Source: Bispira polyomma | Taxonomy: Eukaryota | Length of the DNA stretch: 64,000 nucleotides | Direction: 5' to 3' | NCBI GenBank assembly: GCA_965649765.1 | Contig: OZ287751.1 | Location: 70,680,001 to 70,744,000 of the forward strand | Part shown: piece after piece, positions 36,246 to 50,790 of the stretch | How positions within the stretch are numbered: position 1 is the stretch's first letter | Layout of the letters: every line of letters begins with the position of its first letter | The notes under the pieces: generated by a model | Told to the model about the DNA's origin: nothing | The model's database searches: none | The model's input: the letters and a program-made list of their open reading frames with translations, nothing else | Translations under genes and position numbers: made by a program

Positions 36246-36922
36246 TTGGCCTCATCGAAGTCTTTGGCCTTTGGATCCTCTACCCCTATCCAGGAGAGAC
36301 AGGAGAGACAGATTGGGATTGAGGTACCAGATTCCATTGGGAGGTTGGAGCAGACTATTACAGGGATACTGACGGAGGCAAAGAAACCTAAAGATGAGGG
36401 AGCTAGAGCAGCCTGTATGAACTGGTTGAGCAAGGGAGACGGAAAAAGGCAGAACGTTCCTTCCAGCACCAATGGTATTCAGCAGAGCCACCAAGTGATA
36501 TCTGGAGACAGCTCAACTGGTGGAGTGTACTATAACCACCATCAGTAGGTCCAGCTAGAGCAGCCCATATGAACTGGTTGAGCAAGGAGACGAAAAACGG
36601 CAGAACGTTCATTCCAGCACCATTGGTATTCAGCAGAGCCACTAAGTGATATCTGGAGACAGCTCGACTTGTGGAGTGTACTATAACCACCATCAGTAGG
36701 TCCACTGATATCTTGAATACCTCAGGAGCTTCCTCATTTGCCAGAGGATTCAATTTAAATGCACCAGACACCAGCTTCCAGAACATTAGGACTCCTGCAG
36801 GTTTCAGGGATAATGCTGACATACGGCTACCAACAGACGACACCATCACAACCACCACCAATTCAACATTATCAACCACCACGGCTTCAACATCATCAAC
36901 CACTACCACCACCAAGGATTAG
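36246..36922 (+). pseudogene. Remnant of Harbinger second (accessory) ORF with a ~152 bp tandem duplication (about 36402-36553 and 36554-36703)
   Basis: Low-complexity S/T-rich frames convergent to the transposase; near-identical duplicated block. Confidence 0.45.
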
Positions 36923-37399
36923 CCACTCCTGTCCTCCCCCATTGGTCATGTGAACACCAATTGGCCCTTTGCAGGACCAACCAAAAACATTATCTAAAGC
37001 TTTTTGTTGAATGAAAACAAAAAACCCTCACTACAAGAAGCATACTGGCCCCACAAATAAATTATCTCACTCACACACAAAACACAATACACTTTCCCCC
37101 ACACACAAGAATGAAAATAATTTTTAAAATATCAAACATACAAAAGCCCTTCGAAATGACATCCCCCTTATAATATAAAGCCCTTCCAAATGAAATCCCC
37201 TTTATCATATGAAGCCTTTTAAAATAAAATCCCCTTTATAATATGAAGCCTAGCAAAACATATTCTCCTTTAAATTTGAAAACCCATCCAAGCAAAAGTA
37301 GGAGCTTCAAACATGAAGTAGTCCATCAGGTCGTCTCTCTGTTCCTTGGCTACTCGGCTAGGATTTTCAATCAGTGCAACCTGTGGGAGGGGGGTGGAG

Positions 37400-38400
37400 G
37401 GTCATTTGCTGGGTTTGGATGCTCTCCTTCCTGGTTGATAATTTTACTTCTGAGCATGTTGTGGAGGACTACACAGGCTCCTACACAGGCTAGCGTTAAG
37501 GTGGCTACCACAGGTGATTCCTTCTGCATCATCAAGAGTAAAAGTCAAAACCTGGCCACTAATAAACCATAGGCACTCTCCACCACCCTTCTGCCCTAGG
37601 ATATCCTGTAGTTAAACTTCCGTTGACTGGGGTCCAGGCCTCGTCTAGAGAAGGGTTTCATCATTCAGGTCTTTAAGGCAAATACGTCTCCCATGATGAA
37701 GTAGGGAGTGGGGGGCCTACCATGGCTTATGGATTCAGGAGGGGGGAAGTTGATCGACTGATCCTTAATCTTTTTTTTAAAATTCAGATTGGTTGAAAAT
37801 CTGTGAATCAGACCAGGAACCACTGAAACTCCGGTCCACCCACATGAAGTGGTATGGAGTGGAATCTGTTGTAGTTGTATAACTCATCCCCCCTTTCTTG
37901 GACATCTCATTGCTATGTGTTTGTAATCTATGGCCCCCAGGGCATTGGGGACATTCCAGGTGTCTCTGTATACAGCGGCGACCTTCTTCCAGTTCTCTCG
38001 GGTGGTGGGGCAGTAAAGAAATTCCTCCTGGAATTTGTTAATAGCCTGGCAAACCTCGGAAACAAACGTGGTGATGGTTGAACTCCCCACCAGGAATGCA
38101 TACTGAAGTGAGGTGTATGACTCCCTAGTCGCCAATTGTCTTAAACTTATTGCAATCTTCAGTCCAGATGACAGTGCCTTGCGGTACCAGGTCATGTTAT
38201 TTGCAATCCTGTGGGCCACCCTCCTATCCAGTTTTTGGAAAAATTCCGGGATCATCCTCCAAAAATTCCTATACGACCGTGCATCTTGTGCCTTTATCCG
38301 TGTCAGAAGTGCCAAGTATTGACCAAGCTCCTACCTATCCCTGAGTAATGGCTTCACCCAGAACCTCCTTTGTGCTCTGGCTGTCCTGATCCCGACATTA
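37400..38400 (-). pseudogene. Harbinger (HARBI1-like) DDE transposase
   Basis: FWVKP, NF.RM, LKIAISLRQLAT.ESY.SL...F, WNVPNALGAIDYKHI..RCP, G..SD..IF, MGD, FNYR.S..RRVVE.A.G. Confidence 0.9.
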
Positions 38401-41400
38401 CTATCCTGATTCTGATTCTGTACCAGTATGAGATTTTAATTCTTCTAATTCTTTTTCAAGCTTAAAAATCTCTAAGTAAGTAATTGTATCCGCACAAATG
38501 CTAACAAAGCTTGCAGAATTTGGGCAATTTCTATAATCCTTTGGGGTATCATGTTGCTCAGTTGACTTTTCAATAAAAACTGTGTGAATTTGTGTGCTCT
38601 CACCCTATATATATGGTTTTGGAGGCGAATCGCGAGGCTCTGTATGTTTTCCGATTGCAAAATTAAAAGATCTATCTCACCGAGGTAGTGAGTTATCGGG
38701 ATCGAGGCACCGACCTATCAGAAGCGAGGTATGGACAGGTATGACAACAACCTATCTTTATGGTCGTAACTGGTTGTCTCGACTTATATTGGTCAAATCT
38801 GTCCCGATCTATCGGGCCTTGCTCCCAAACTATCATTACAATCGGGAACTATTACAATTATAGTCGTGGGACGTAAAATTTCCCACCATTTTTCAAATTT
38901 GGGGCAAAATGCTAAAGATTGCTCCCGACCGCATTGTCAGGGTCTCCTCCCGATAAGTCTTGATAGTGTGAAAGCATCTTATGAAAAATCTGTCAGTTTT
39001 CTATTATTTTAAATGTTTTGTCACAGTTCATTTATAGTTGCTTATGTTACACAACATTGCATTAAACTGCATTAAAAGGAAAATGTTTTATTTAAAAGTC
39101 TGATGGAAAGACGTTGTGTAAGTCAATATTTGTTGAATACTACTTACCATTTCTCTCTTTTTAGACCTAAAATGCATTTTTGTATATTTTTAATACAGCA
39201 TTGATAGGTTTAAGTAGTATTTATCTTAGGGAATTGCAAAAACCAAAAACCTCAAAGATCCAATTATAGATTAAATGCAAGTTCAAAACAAAGAAGGTGC
39301 TCAAGTTATTGAATGATTTACTTTAAATAAAGGGTCTACCTTTTACTGTTGCTCCAGATTTAACTGATATTCTTGGGTGTTAGGGACTGCACTAAAAAAG
39401 TATATGTTTAAACTACTTTGTTTATTCTTAAGAATTCCAAGCAGTATTATTATGTGGATGTGACGTGATGTGATGTGATGTGATTAGTTGTATGGATTCA
39501 CAATTTGCCACAATTTGGTATTTTTGCGGGGTAGCATTTTAGGGACCAGCTTGTATCTGACGTAAGCCCCTCAGATATCACTGTAAATAGCAGAAGTATT
39601 TAAATGTTGCCATTTTTGCCACCACGCAGCATTGAAATACATTGCACATTTTTGTATACTTAGGTGGCTATTTACTCGATTTTATGTCTAATTTGTATTC
39701 CAATTTTAATTGTTTTTATTTTCTAATCATGCAGCATGCTAAGACTAAACTATACTATTGTTCTACTTTTCATCTCAAACACTGCCCACTGGGAAGAGGT
39801 GTAACTACTAGGGCAGTCAGTGTGAAAAGGGTCCAGGCAGAAGTCTTCTCTTTTACAGAGTCCAGTCCAGTAGCAACTGCTACTAATGACAAGAGGATTC
39901 GGGTAAAAATGTGTCTGTTCAATTTGTAAGTGAACTACATACTTAAAAAACTGCATTAGATTCTTATTCATTATCAAATTTTGTTTAAAATTAATGTAAC
40001 CACTTTCAAAGCCGTTATCTCTCATCAGGCCTCCTACTTTGCTACTGGGCTTTCCTTCAGTAATCTTAAAAGGGAAAAAGACCTTTCTGTTTCCCCTGTT
40101 AAACCAAGGAGGCTGGATCAGAAGTTTTTTCTGTTTCTGCCCTTATGTTATGCAATAGTGTCCCGGTGAAGTTAAGAGTCCTTGAAACACTTTCTCATTT
40201 TAGGAAAAAGTTTAAAATGTATATATTTAAATTTGGTTATCCCCTTAGCTCCCTCCCTGTATACCTCGAAATCACTCTTTATAACCAGGTCATGATTTTC
40301 TGGACTTCTCGATTGGTTTAATAATTCTGTTGTTGCGCTTTATAAATCCAAAATACAATACAATGCTCTCTGAGTGTCAGCTGAACAACACGGGGGAGAC
40401 AGTGAATGTCACCGAATCATTACTTTCTTGGTCAACAGACACCAAACTGACACAAATTCAGATTTCGAAGTCACTGTCACAAGGCATGGCTTTCCAGTCA
40501 CACAATTTAGCCACTTTATTGTCGTTAGGGTTTAAAACCCTCACTGCAGCCAATTAATTACTTTTCTCTTAATTATTAAACCCACAGCCAAAAGGTACAC
40601 ACGGCGAAATCACCTCACCCACCCTACCTGTATTAAGTAGTACACCTAGTTTGTAACAGGCATGCAAGTCCAAATCGACTTCGGAACCGTGTTGTGGTTT
40701 TGAGATCATTTCTTTCATGTACTTGCCCTTTAGCATGGCCACTAAGGGAATTCAGAGCTCTACCGGGAAGTATCGCGACTGCTAGTGTGTTGGTGTTGCA
40801 GGTTCCGAGTTTGAGTCTTTCTTTGTCTGTCTTGCATATCTTACATGTGTAGTATTTGGTAAACTTGGTAAGACAACTTTTTGTAACTTCTTTGAGGTGA
40901 ACAGGTTTAAAGTTTGACAGGAAAAATTTATTTTAAATCTAACGTATAAATTTTAAGTTAAAAGTTTAAATGATTAGACTTTACCTTACTATCTATGAGA
41001 CTTTCACTATATTGTGTTATGTATTTTATGTATTAAAAGTAAGCCGTATTACCTTTTAAAATTTTAAAAATCATATATTTTAAGATTTCTGTATAGTTGT
41101 AAAAAATTATCTGTAATAAAACTCTCCAAACAGCATCACATCTTACAACTTCAACTATACCACTACCACTTCATCTTAACCTTCACATAAAGGTCCAAAC
41201 TTTCAGATAATATCCTGACTACTATTTTGACCTTTAGTCACCAGCACCTTGTGAGACTGGTCCTGGTAGTTTAAATACTCATGTCTACTCATGTATCATG
41301 GTATGGCAAATTTAAGCTGGATGGAGAAATGTATTATCTGCTAGGTATATATACTTGCAGTGTTGTAGATTTTCACTTGTTGGATGAGAAATACATAGTG

Positions 41401-41499
41401 AGGGGCTGTAAATAAGTATTTAGATGGTAGATTGTTTAGCCAATCAGTAAAGGTAGTGCATTTGACAGTCTGACGTTGACTCTGTTGGTTATTTTGTTT

Positions 41500-42200
41500 A
41501 GATTTGGTCATGATCTAGTGCAGTAGTTCCCTTCGTTGATATCTGTAAAGTTATGGTGACCTTGTAGCTTGAACTTGTAACTTCAAATGATATCTAAATA
41601 TTAAGTGTAAATATTGAGTTCAAGTGTAAACTGAAACTTCCAACTCAACTAAATGTATTTATTACAAAATAAATATTTCCTACAACCTGCTTCTTTAAAT
41701 GGTAATAGTATTAGCATTCCAAATTTTGGGAACTAAACTGGTTATTAATAATTTTATTCAAGGTCCTCAAGTACACAACCACACTTAATCTTTACATACA
41801 AACACTCAATTCATCAGATAGGACTTTTACTGCACAATTAACATAACATAACAGTAAACTCCCCAGCAAATATAGTTTCTTCGTACACACATTGTCCACA
41901 TTTTTTACCTGTCGAGTGTTGTGGTCCCAAATTACTAATGGCTACCTTGTGTGACATCTTTTTCAATCCCCTGTTGTTTGATGATGTTTATAAACTCTAT
42001 ATTTAACATAGCTTTAATGTGTGACCTGACTCTTCTGTCTTACTTTTGGAGACAATATGTCCTCCCTTTTTCGCTTTCAAACTTTAAATCTGAGCATATT
42101 AATGTTGTGTTTCAAGTGCTCCAAGGATTATCTTACGTGCAGATATGCGTGGATACCATTTCCAAGTGCAAAAGGCAAACGACTGGCATTAATTCCTCAG
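41500..42200. repeat. Inverted copy of the 20063-20770 repeat
   Basis: Reverse-complement similarity throughout. Confidence 0.85.
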
Positions 42201-43749
42201 AACACAAACAAGAAAGTAAACACAGATGAAAATTTACTATATGAATTTATTGAGAAATATAAGAAAATAGTATATATAAACAAAAAAAGTTTTTTTACAA
42301 TTTTACCACCATAACTTTTTGTCGCCGCCATCTTGATTTCCAAGTACACCTTATCAAAGTGAAGATTATGCTGCACAGCTAAATTGTTGTGGCGAAGATC
42401 AATTCCATGGTGTTCGACTTCACTTTCTCACTTGACAGATCACCTGCCAAGCCACTCGACTTCCATTGCCTAATATGCTTTTTGGGTGTAAGTGATGCAG
42501 AATTAAGCTGGAATTTTGTTTTTCTTACATAGTTTTATTTATCTTGTGCCAAGATGTAATAGTAAAAATAAATATTATTAAATCAAAAACAATGGTGTAT
42601 GTATTCTTTAAACTTACTGAAAGTTTTAGTCAATTATAGTCAGTACTCATTATTTCAAATGCACAGGCGACACAATAAAATGTATTACACATTCTTTTTT
42701 ACATGATAAAACAAATTTTTACAACCTCAAGCCACTATAAGTGGTTGTAACCTCCATTGCATTTAAAGGAAAAGCGGCAACACACTAAAAAACGATTGTT
42801 AGTAGCTATCGTATTTTATGGCACACAGAATTACAAGGGATTGTTTTGCTGTGAAAAGCATTAAGTAGCTACACTTTGGAAATCTCTTGAGACCTTCAAA
42901 TGCCATAGTTTGTGAGTATAGGGAAGTTACTATTTAAACTTAGATAATATTTTTGGAAATAAAGTTCCGTTTATATTTAAACACTGATGTATTCTTCAAT
43001 CTACTAATAGATGTTGATGTAGTTTATATATGCTACATGTGTATAGGGTTGTCAACAGAAATATAATTCCTGTTAAGTTTTAATGTTTTGGATCAATATT
43101 TGCTGTTTAAGTTGTTTCTGGGTTGCCATATTAAAGATTTCAAACAGATACAAACCTTGTTTTATATATTTGGGTTGAAATGAAATGTGTTTATGTATTA
43201 AAGGGCTTATTTGATGTCTATGATAAATCTTTTCCTAAAAACTAGATAGTATTGTCCTTATAATATGAGCATTTTGTGAATAACAACTATTTTTCATCTT
43301 TGATATTATTTTTCCAGTGGATTAAGCGAGGCAATATCACTGCATTTTGCATTTCATTAAAATCCTACCTTTTAAAAGTTGTTTTTTCTTTTTTTTTTTT
43401 TTTGTAAAGACTGTGTAATTTAAAATCATAAATCTACATAAACAGATTTTAGATTGTTCAGAAATATTGACCAATTGTAAGGTTTAGCTAGACATTCATA
43501 TTTTGGTGACATATTAAATTATCTCCAGATTTTGTGCCTTCTTAAGAGAATTTTAACATCTGTCACGATGAATCTCATTTCTTGCAAAACATAATTGTAT
43601 ACTAAAATAATGATTGTTTTTTATAGATTTTTGCTTTTGTAAATGTTTGTCATCTTACTTACATGTAGTGTTGTTGCCAATGTGTCCAAAATAAAGCAAA
43701 ATTGCTTCTTTAAATTAATTTGTGTGGTGTCTTGCACAAAGAATTTTAA

Positions 43750-43964
43750 TTTGGATACTTAACGCCCACTCTAGTACCTGTTTAGGTTATATTGGGACGG
43801 GTAGTTGGAAATGCTGCAGGAAACACTGCATACAGTTGATCAAGGTTCTGCACTGAAACCAGTGGCCCACAGTAAGGAGAGGAGTCGAATCCACGCCGCC
43901 CAGAGGTAAGAGACCAGTTATTGTGAAGCACAATGCTTGCTAACCATTAGGCCACCGTGGCCCC
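43750..43964 (-). mobile_element. tRNA-derived SINE
   Basis: Minus strand starts GGGGCCACGGTGGCCTAATGGTTAG (A box), has a GGATTCGACTCC B-box-like motif, then a non-tRNA body. Confidence 0.75.
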
Positions 43965-44270
43965 CCTTGCATAAGGAAAGGTGAAGGTTACAGCAACAGT
44001 GAAACCATGCTATCAGCTCTGATCCCACATACAATTACAAACACTCCAAAAGCTAAATGTTGGAATGTGTGGGATCTCCCAAAAATCAGTATATATTGCT
44101 GTGAATAGAATGCCCAAAGGTTTGGTTCAAGTTGTTGCTATGAATATACTTGTCCTGTTTACATATAAGAAACAGAAGTGTCTGCAGAATTATATTTATG
44201 TATACATTTTACTACTGGGTGGTGACATATAAATGGTGCTACTCTATATACGTAATACTGCACTCCTTAA

Positions 44271-44796
44271 TGCCGTGGTCACGCTGGCCTTATGTTTTGA
44301 TTATGCACCAAAAATGGCTAACCTAAGCTAAACGTAAGCTAAACGTAAGTAAATGTACGCAAAACGTGAGTAAGATAGTACCTTAATTTTAGTTATCTCC
44401 TGTTTTTTAAAAAAATGTCTTAATTTTCATACTGCTCAAATTTTTTTACGTTTTTAGCCTTTAGCTAAATAACTATACCTACAAATAATATTAAAAGCGA
44501 GGAGAACGAGAATGAAACAGGTTTACAAATGTTAAAAACATGGAGAACAAGTTTAGAAATGTGGCTAACATATTTCTAAAATTTGGCTAACGAGGCTAAC
44601 ATATTATTGAGTTAAATTGAGTTAAACATAATTGAAACAGCTAATAAAACATTTTAAATGCGTACTAAACGTGTACAAAACAGCCCATACTTTTGATTTT
44701 TGCTACGTTTCTCGAATTTCCAACGGTTTTTCACTTCGTTTTCTTCCATTTACGAAAAAACTATGTAACGCAAACATACTCGGTGTGACCATGGCA
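44271..44796. mobile_element. MITE with Harbinger-like termini
   Basis: TGCCGTGGTCAC ... GTGACCATGGCA inverted termini, flanked by TAA / CAA, no ORF. Confidence 0.65.
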
Positions 44797-47742
44797 CAAG
44801 CAGAAAGTATGTCAGATCACCAGAAAGAGTGATACACAGAGTTGCTAAAAGTGGTACAAACCCCCTAAAATTGAGAAAATTGGATTTATTTATTAAGCAC
44901 CTTTTGGTTGCTTTAAGGGGTGTTCTGTCTTCAAAAACTTCACATTTATTTGAATTGGAACAAGCTTTACAGGAAGAGTGAAGAAATTAACCCACAGAAA
45001 CACAGACCATCTAGCATAATGTAACCTTCAGAAACTTTGCAGACCACATAGCATAACCTTCAAGGATGGTTGATATTGTGCAGACCGGAAGCTTTGACAA
45101 AAAATATTAAACAACTGAACCATAGACCAATGTCTCATAAGTAAAGTAAGGTGTGTTTCATTAAATGTAATTAATAAAGCCCCTGAACATCATGAGCTAT
45201 CATTACAAATACATTCGGTTAATGTTTCAGTATAATTAAAAATATATTTCTATTTCATTCAAAATTTCTATTTTCATTCAAGATAGAATTGATTCTAATA
45301 CTACCATTATTTAATTCTGTTCTTATAACTATGACACACATTAGGTTTATGAGTTTAAGTTCTCTTAAACGCCAACTGGATTTATCGTTTATCTTAGACA
45401 TTTAAGTTAAACCACCATAACATATTTAACTTTAAAGGCTCTGCAGTGACCATAAATTAAAGTGTTTTACCGAAATCTTTACTTTCTGAAATCGATATAA
45501 TAACAAATTAGCCCGCAATATTACTAACTGTTACACATTGATCACGTTGCATATTATACTCTCACCTCAACGTCATTTAACTTATTGAAATAGAGTATAT
45601 ACTAAAGAATGTTATTGTTGGCATGTTTAACATAACAACCTAATGAATAAAACCGAAAATTTACATCCTTTATTCACCTTTATAGCTGTTTTTATTACAG
45701 TAGTAAAAGGTTGCACCCATTGCCTGAATACCCTCTGAATCAACACTCGACAGGTCTATTATTGTAAACTACTAAAAGAAAATACAGCAATAAAGCCTAG
45801 TACATCAGTTTTCTTTACACAAAGTACCAAACAATACCATTAGATGGGCTATCAAGGTCAGTACTAGGACAGGAATCTTATAAAAACATCATACTCACAC
45901 CACTAAAGCAACTATGATTTGTAGTTTTACCAAACACAAAAAATTACATGAAGTGCTATCATGAACAAGTGTATCACGACTTGTTTTAAAACAATCTACT
46001 TAATGTTATTGAATTTTGCAGTTCATGTATTGAAGCATTGTTTGCCTAAAGAAAATTACTTAACATACATTAATCATTTCTAAACAAAGATACCCATAAA
46101 TTTCTTTCAATATCCGGGGCACTTTTAATCCCTATTTGTGCCAAAAAATCTAATAACACAATGTTCTTGTGTTACTGTACAGAGAATTTACAAAAAAGCC
46201 CATCAGATAACTAGAAAAGGGCTAAAAAAGCCTTTAATTCCTATTAGTGCAAAAAATCCATTTACACAATAGACTTTTGTAAATATAATATACTATAAAC
46301 TCGATCCAATATCTACACATTACAATCATTTAATACTCTTGCTTATGCATCTCGTACAGTTCCCAAGTGAGAGTGAAGTAAATTAAATGTGGAGATATTA
46401 TTTGTTTAGAGAAAGTTTTATTCTGTACATGTTAGTTCTATATACACGTTGATAAAATAAAATAGATTAAAATTCAACTTGAGTAAAATTTTAAAATAAA
46501 CCTATAACATGACTGGTATGGAAGGAAACACTGTGAGTGGGACTAGCCCAAAACACAGAAATACATAATAATAAATCCCTGTATAAGCCTAAGAATAAGG
46601 AGAGTGGCCATATGACCACAACCACAGTAGAAATACTACAATAACTGGAGGTAATAAAAGGGGAGGAAGGTGGGAATATTTAAAATTTCTTGATGTTGAC
46701 CCCTGAATGACTTAAATTAATATGGTGGAATTCAGCAGGGAGTGCAGAAAGGTAAAACAAGGAGGCCCCTTAATTGACCCTTACAATAGGAGTGAGAGAA
46801 GAAAAGAGAGGATACCTAAACTAGTTAAGGTAGTGATATAAGAGAGGAGGGTTTGGAAACTGAACTATCAGACCCCTATTGGGTCATGATGTGCATGGTG
46901 CATTAATAGGGTTTGATAGTCAAACAGTGTCACCTTTTTAGTTTGTGAGTTATGGGTTCATGAATTTTTATTCAGCAAAATGGAATAACATCGAATAGCA
47001 ATTTCTTAACAATGAATGAGTTTAAATTCAAATTTGGTACAACCATGGTAACTAGTTAGTTAAGGTATTTTTGTTTATCATATTTTATTTAGATGTAAAT
47101 GACATACAGTGTGTCACATATTGTACTTGTAACCACCATGTTTATAGGGTGACAGAGATGTTCTAATTATATCTAGCAAAGTGACAATGGGGCAGCATGT
47201 ATCATTAAGCAATACAGGTTCTTTTCAACCCTAATTACAAACTCTTGGTACAAACTCTTGGTATATATAATACCAGTGACCATATGTTTTTGTGTTGTTT
47301 GCAGAACATTGTAATGACTCTTATTTATCATAAAATCATAAAACGCTCAATAGTGTTATACAGATGTGTTTTATTAAACCCTTGCAAGCATTGAAGTTTG
47401 GGGCCACGTTCATACAATGAATTTGCCAAGTTTTAGTGAAAATATTCACTTGTATAGTATAGATGGTGAGTGACTAAATCCGTGTTATACATCAACTGGT
47501 TAATATCACATACTTCCTGTTCCTGTTTAACCATCAAGGACAACACCCGTTCCCTTAGGTGATGACTTAAGGCCAAACTTTATTAAGGTTGAGTTGTTGG
47601 TGTAAATTTCAGTTGAGGTAAAACTAAGATAGGTTTTGCGAATTTATTATTCCTGTACAAGTTAGTATCTATGTACAGGGTTATATATAACATTTAAAAT
47701 TTGTAAAATATATGGAAAATTTTAAAGAGTCCAAACCCAAAA

Positions 47743-48719
47743 TTAGAGTGAGTGGAGAATGATGGATGCAAATGTGGCAGGGACAATAGCCACTGCCTGT
47801 GAGGTAGACTGTAAGTGTGACCACACGGCGGAACTTCGCCATAATCCGTGAGCCATGATGTTTTGGAGGGAGACATTATTATTGAATGCTAGTGTAGCTC
47901 CTGATCTACGGAAAGTATGAAATCCATGTATAGTATGGTCAATCCCTATGTGCTGTAAAACTGTTCTAAGAGCTGCCCTAATGTGGGAGTCCACTAATGG
48001 GTGGAAAGGTGGTGTCCCTGTCACAAACAGTGGTGAAGTAGGTGAAAGTTTCCTAGCTTTTATGAGTTTGGAAAGTGCCAAAACTGGACATAAAAGAGGA
48101 GATTTTATGGTTGGCAGTTGTATGGCATGTGATTTGGTCCTATCTTGCATGTTTTTAGCCCATTTGATTATTATGTGGACTCCAGGTGGTCCAAATATGA
48201 GGTCCTGCAGTAGCAGGTGCCTTGATGGGTCAAACTGTTTTCTAGAGTGAGGGGCTATATTTGACATGCGCAAGAACCCATAAAATGCCACCAGGAATAT
48301 TGCTCTGTACATTATAGGATCGTTAAGAATGTCACATGCCTGTGAAATCTTGAAAATTTGTTTTAAATCAAAGACTCCTTTTGGGGCTGGCCTAAAAGCA
48401 GAATTGTGAATCAAACTGCGTGTATACAGTGAGATGGAATTATGTTCCATAACTTTGTAATTTAGGTTGTATTTCAAGCACATGAATTTCAAAGCAGCCA
48501 AATAATTGTTGACCACTTTGGGAGAGATATTGTTTTGGGTTAAATACTCCAAGAAAGCTAACACAGAGTGAACACTGATGTCCTGTATGTGTACATATTG
48601 TAGGAACGCTAGAAAAGTTCTGAACTGATTGGAATAAGCTGCAGTAGTAGCAGGTCTTAATGCAGAGTCAATCCTATCAATGGCAGCCAGTCCCACAGAG
48701 TCTGAAGAGGTAGTGGCAC
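47743..48719 (-). CDS. Tyrosine recombinase, copy 3 (open frame; catalytic Tyr position reads His)
   Basis: FLRMSNI, KWAKN, FHTFRRSGAT, HGLWRSSAVWSH. Confidence 0.9.
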
Positions 48720-48725
48720 CTGAAA

Positions 48726-50752
48726 TTATACATTAAGATCTAAATTAAAGTAGGATATTGGGACTAGTTTGCGTTTGTATTGGCTCAGCAATTGTAACAT
48801 CTGTTCCTTAGGTGGGTTATCTGAATATATTCTTGACAAAGCATCTGCTATTACATTAGTCTTACCCTTAATATGTTGAATATCTATAGTAATGTCGTGT
48901 AATGACGCTATAAGCCAAATGTTTCTTATGCATGCTGCTAGGAAGGAATCCTTAGTCTTGCCGGTCTGTACGACTAGAACTACGGCCATGTTATCGCAGT
49001 GAAAAGTGACCCTTTGATGAGCCCAATCCTTAGCCCAAATCTTTAAAGGTATCACTATATTAATCATTTCTAATTGTGTGATTGGAAGTTTTTGTTGGTA
49101 TACATTATATACTGGGGTATAATATACCTGATCACCCCAAATTCCCCCAAGTCCAGTCAAGCAAGCATCTAAGTGCATTTCTTTGTCTGAATCTGTAGGT
49201 AATGGGTTTATGAATGTAATGCCATTGTAGTCATGCAAAAATTTCATAAACCAGTCTAGGTTATGTTTTATGTTATCTGTCATCTTAAAATGCTTTGCGC
49301 CTGGGGATGCCCTAAAGACAGCTAAAAGTCTGTTTACAAAGCACCTAGCAGGTTTTACGCACTTGTGAATGTATAACAGTTTACCCAAAATTGACTGAAA
49401 ACTTGAACGTGAAAATCAGGATTTTGAACGTGCTTCTATACAACTTTGAAATATCTCTGCAATTTTTTCTTTGGTAATGCTAATTGTGCCTTCGTTAATA
49501 TCAATATCGATGCCCAGGTAAGTCACCCTCGTCGATGGGGAACATACCTTGTCTGGGTTCATGGGCAGATCGAGGTCATTCAGAAGGTCACATAAAGTTT
49601 AAATCCCGCTTCTGCCTTAGATTTGTGGCAGATGCAAACGTAATCGTCGATGTAGCAGTGCAACTCAAAACCAGCTTTTCGCATGTAGTCTGCTATTATA
49701 TCTGAGCATCTGTGAAATACTGCACTGCCGTGGGCCCAGCCGAACGCCATGGCAGCGTCAATGTAATACTTATCCTTATGCTGTATTCCAAGTTTTAACG
49801 CATCAACCGGATCAACTCTTAAGTTTTTAACCGTGCGAGCCACGTCTACCTAGCTACGTAAAGCCAAATTTTAAATACTGCACTATTATCTTATCAGAGT
49901 GATTTTGAGTGATTTTCTCCCAAACACTTATGTTCAGTTGAGATGTGATGGGAATACAGTTGCAGTTTCAATAAGACTTTTGACATTGTCTGTTTGTGCC
50001 GAACACCTGTCTGGTCCAATAAACTCAAAGTCATTCTGAGATAGCTTTATAAAACCTACGTCCTTAGAATTTTCAGAAATATCCTTAGCCTTACATTTTG
50101 AAGAAGAAGTGATTTCCATTTCAGGGCTGACCAGCCCGTCCATGTCATTTGTATTCGACATTCACACATGTGTAACACTTGTGTTAGTTGTGACAATATC
50201 TTGTGGCTTACCAGCGTGTGTGTTTTTTATCACACGACTGATGCCATCTTGATCAATGATTTTATCAATTATATCACACATGTAATCTGTGTAGTTACAC
50301 TTGTAATCCTTATAGCATGCCAGGTCTCTTTTATAACTATCATAATCCGTGTTTGCTTGTTTTTGTTGTAACTCGGTGTATTGATAGACATTGCTTCTGA
50401 TAAGTACCAACATTGTTACTGTTACAGTACTCGACACCTCGAGTGGTATACCCGGTATACCAATTAGCCGAATGTATCTCTTTTCATTACCCCTGTTATT
50501 TACATAGCAAAAACCTGACATACTATTTAGTGGACCAAAGTTCAGGTGTACCACCTGATAACCCATTGTGCCCTGTTGCACACAATAGGTGTAATTAATA
50601 TTGGAAACCACACATGAAACTTTAGTATAACTCTCATATATCAGAGCATTATGGTCATACAAGTCATTCTGTTCATATACATGACATACAGGTGATTGGG
50701 TTGTACTTTCCCAATAGCTATCACTTTTTCTATTAATATTATGATTTACCAT
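48726..50752 (-). pseudogene. pol: Pol remnants (extension, partial RT, RNase H), copy 3
   Basis: MAFGWAHGS, YIDDYV, HLDACL, HCDNMAVV, ADALSR; N-terminal RT missing between about 49860 and 49930. Confidence 0.88.
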
Positions 50753-50790
50753 TTTCTGATTGTCATTTTCACAGACTACTTTATCATCAC

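Larger units (their letters stand above)
35566..38978. mobile_element. PIF/Harbinger DNA transposon, decayed
   Basis: Minus-strand Harbinger transposase, convergent second ORF remnants, imperfect TIRs around TCACAC/GTGTGA, TTA next to both ends. Confidence 0.8.

Noticed and set aside
36403-36922. Mucin-like or Val-rich host gene
   Set aside because: Low-complexity ACC repeats inside the Harbinger, and their antisense reading
43870-43964. Functional tRNA gene
   Set aside because: A/B boxes present but no convincing acceptor stem or terminator, and it continues into a SINE-like body
39100-47500. Host protein-coding exons
   Set aside because: Only short ORFs without recognisable domains; small exons cannot be excluded by eye
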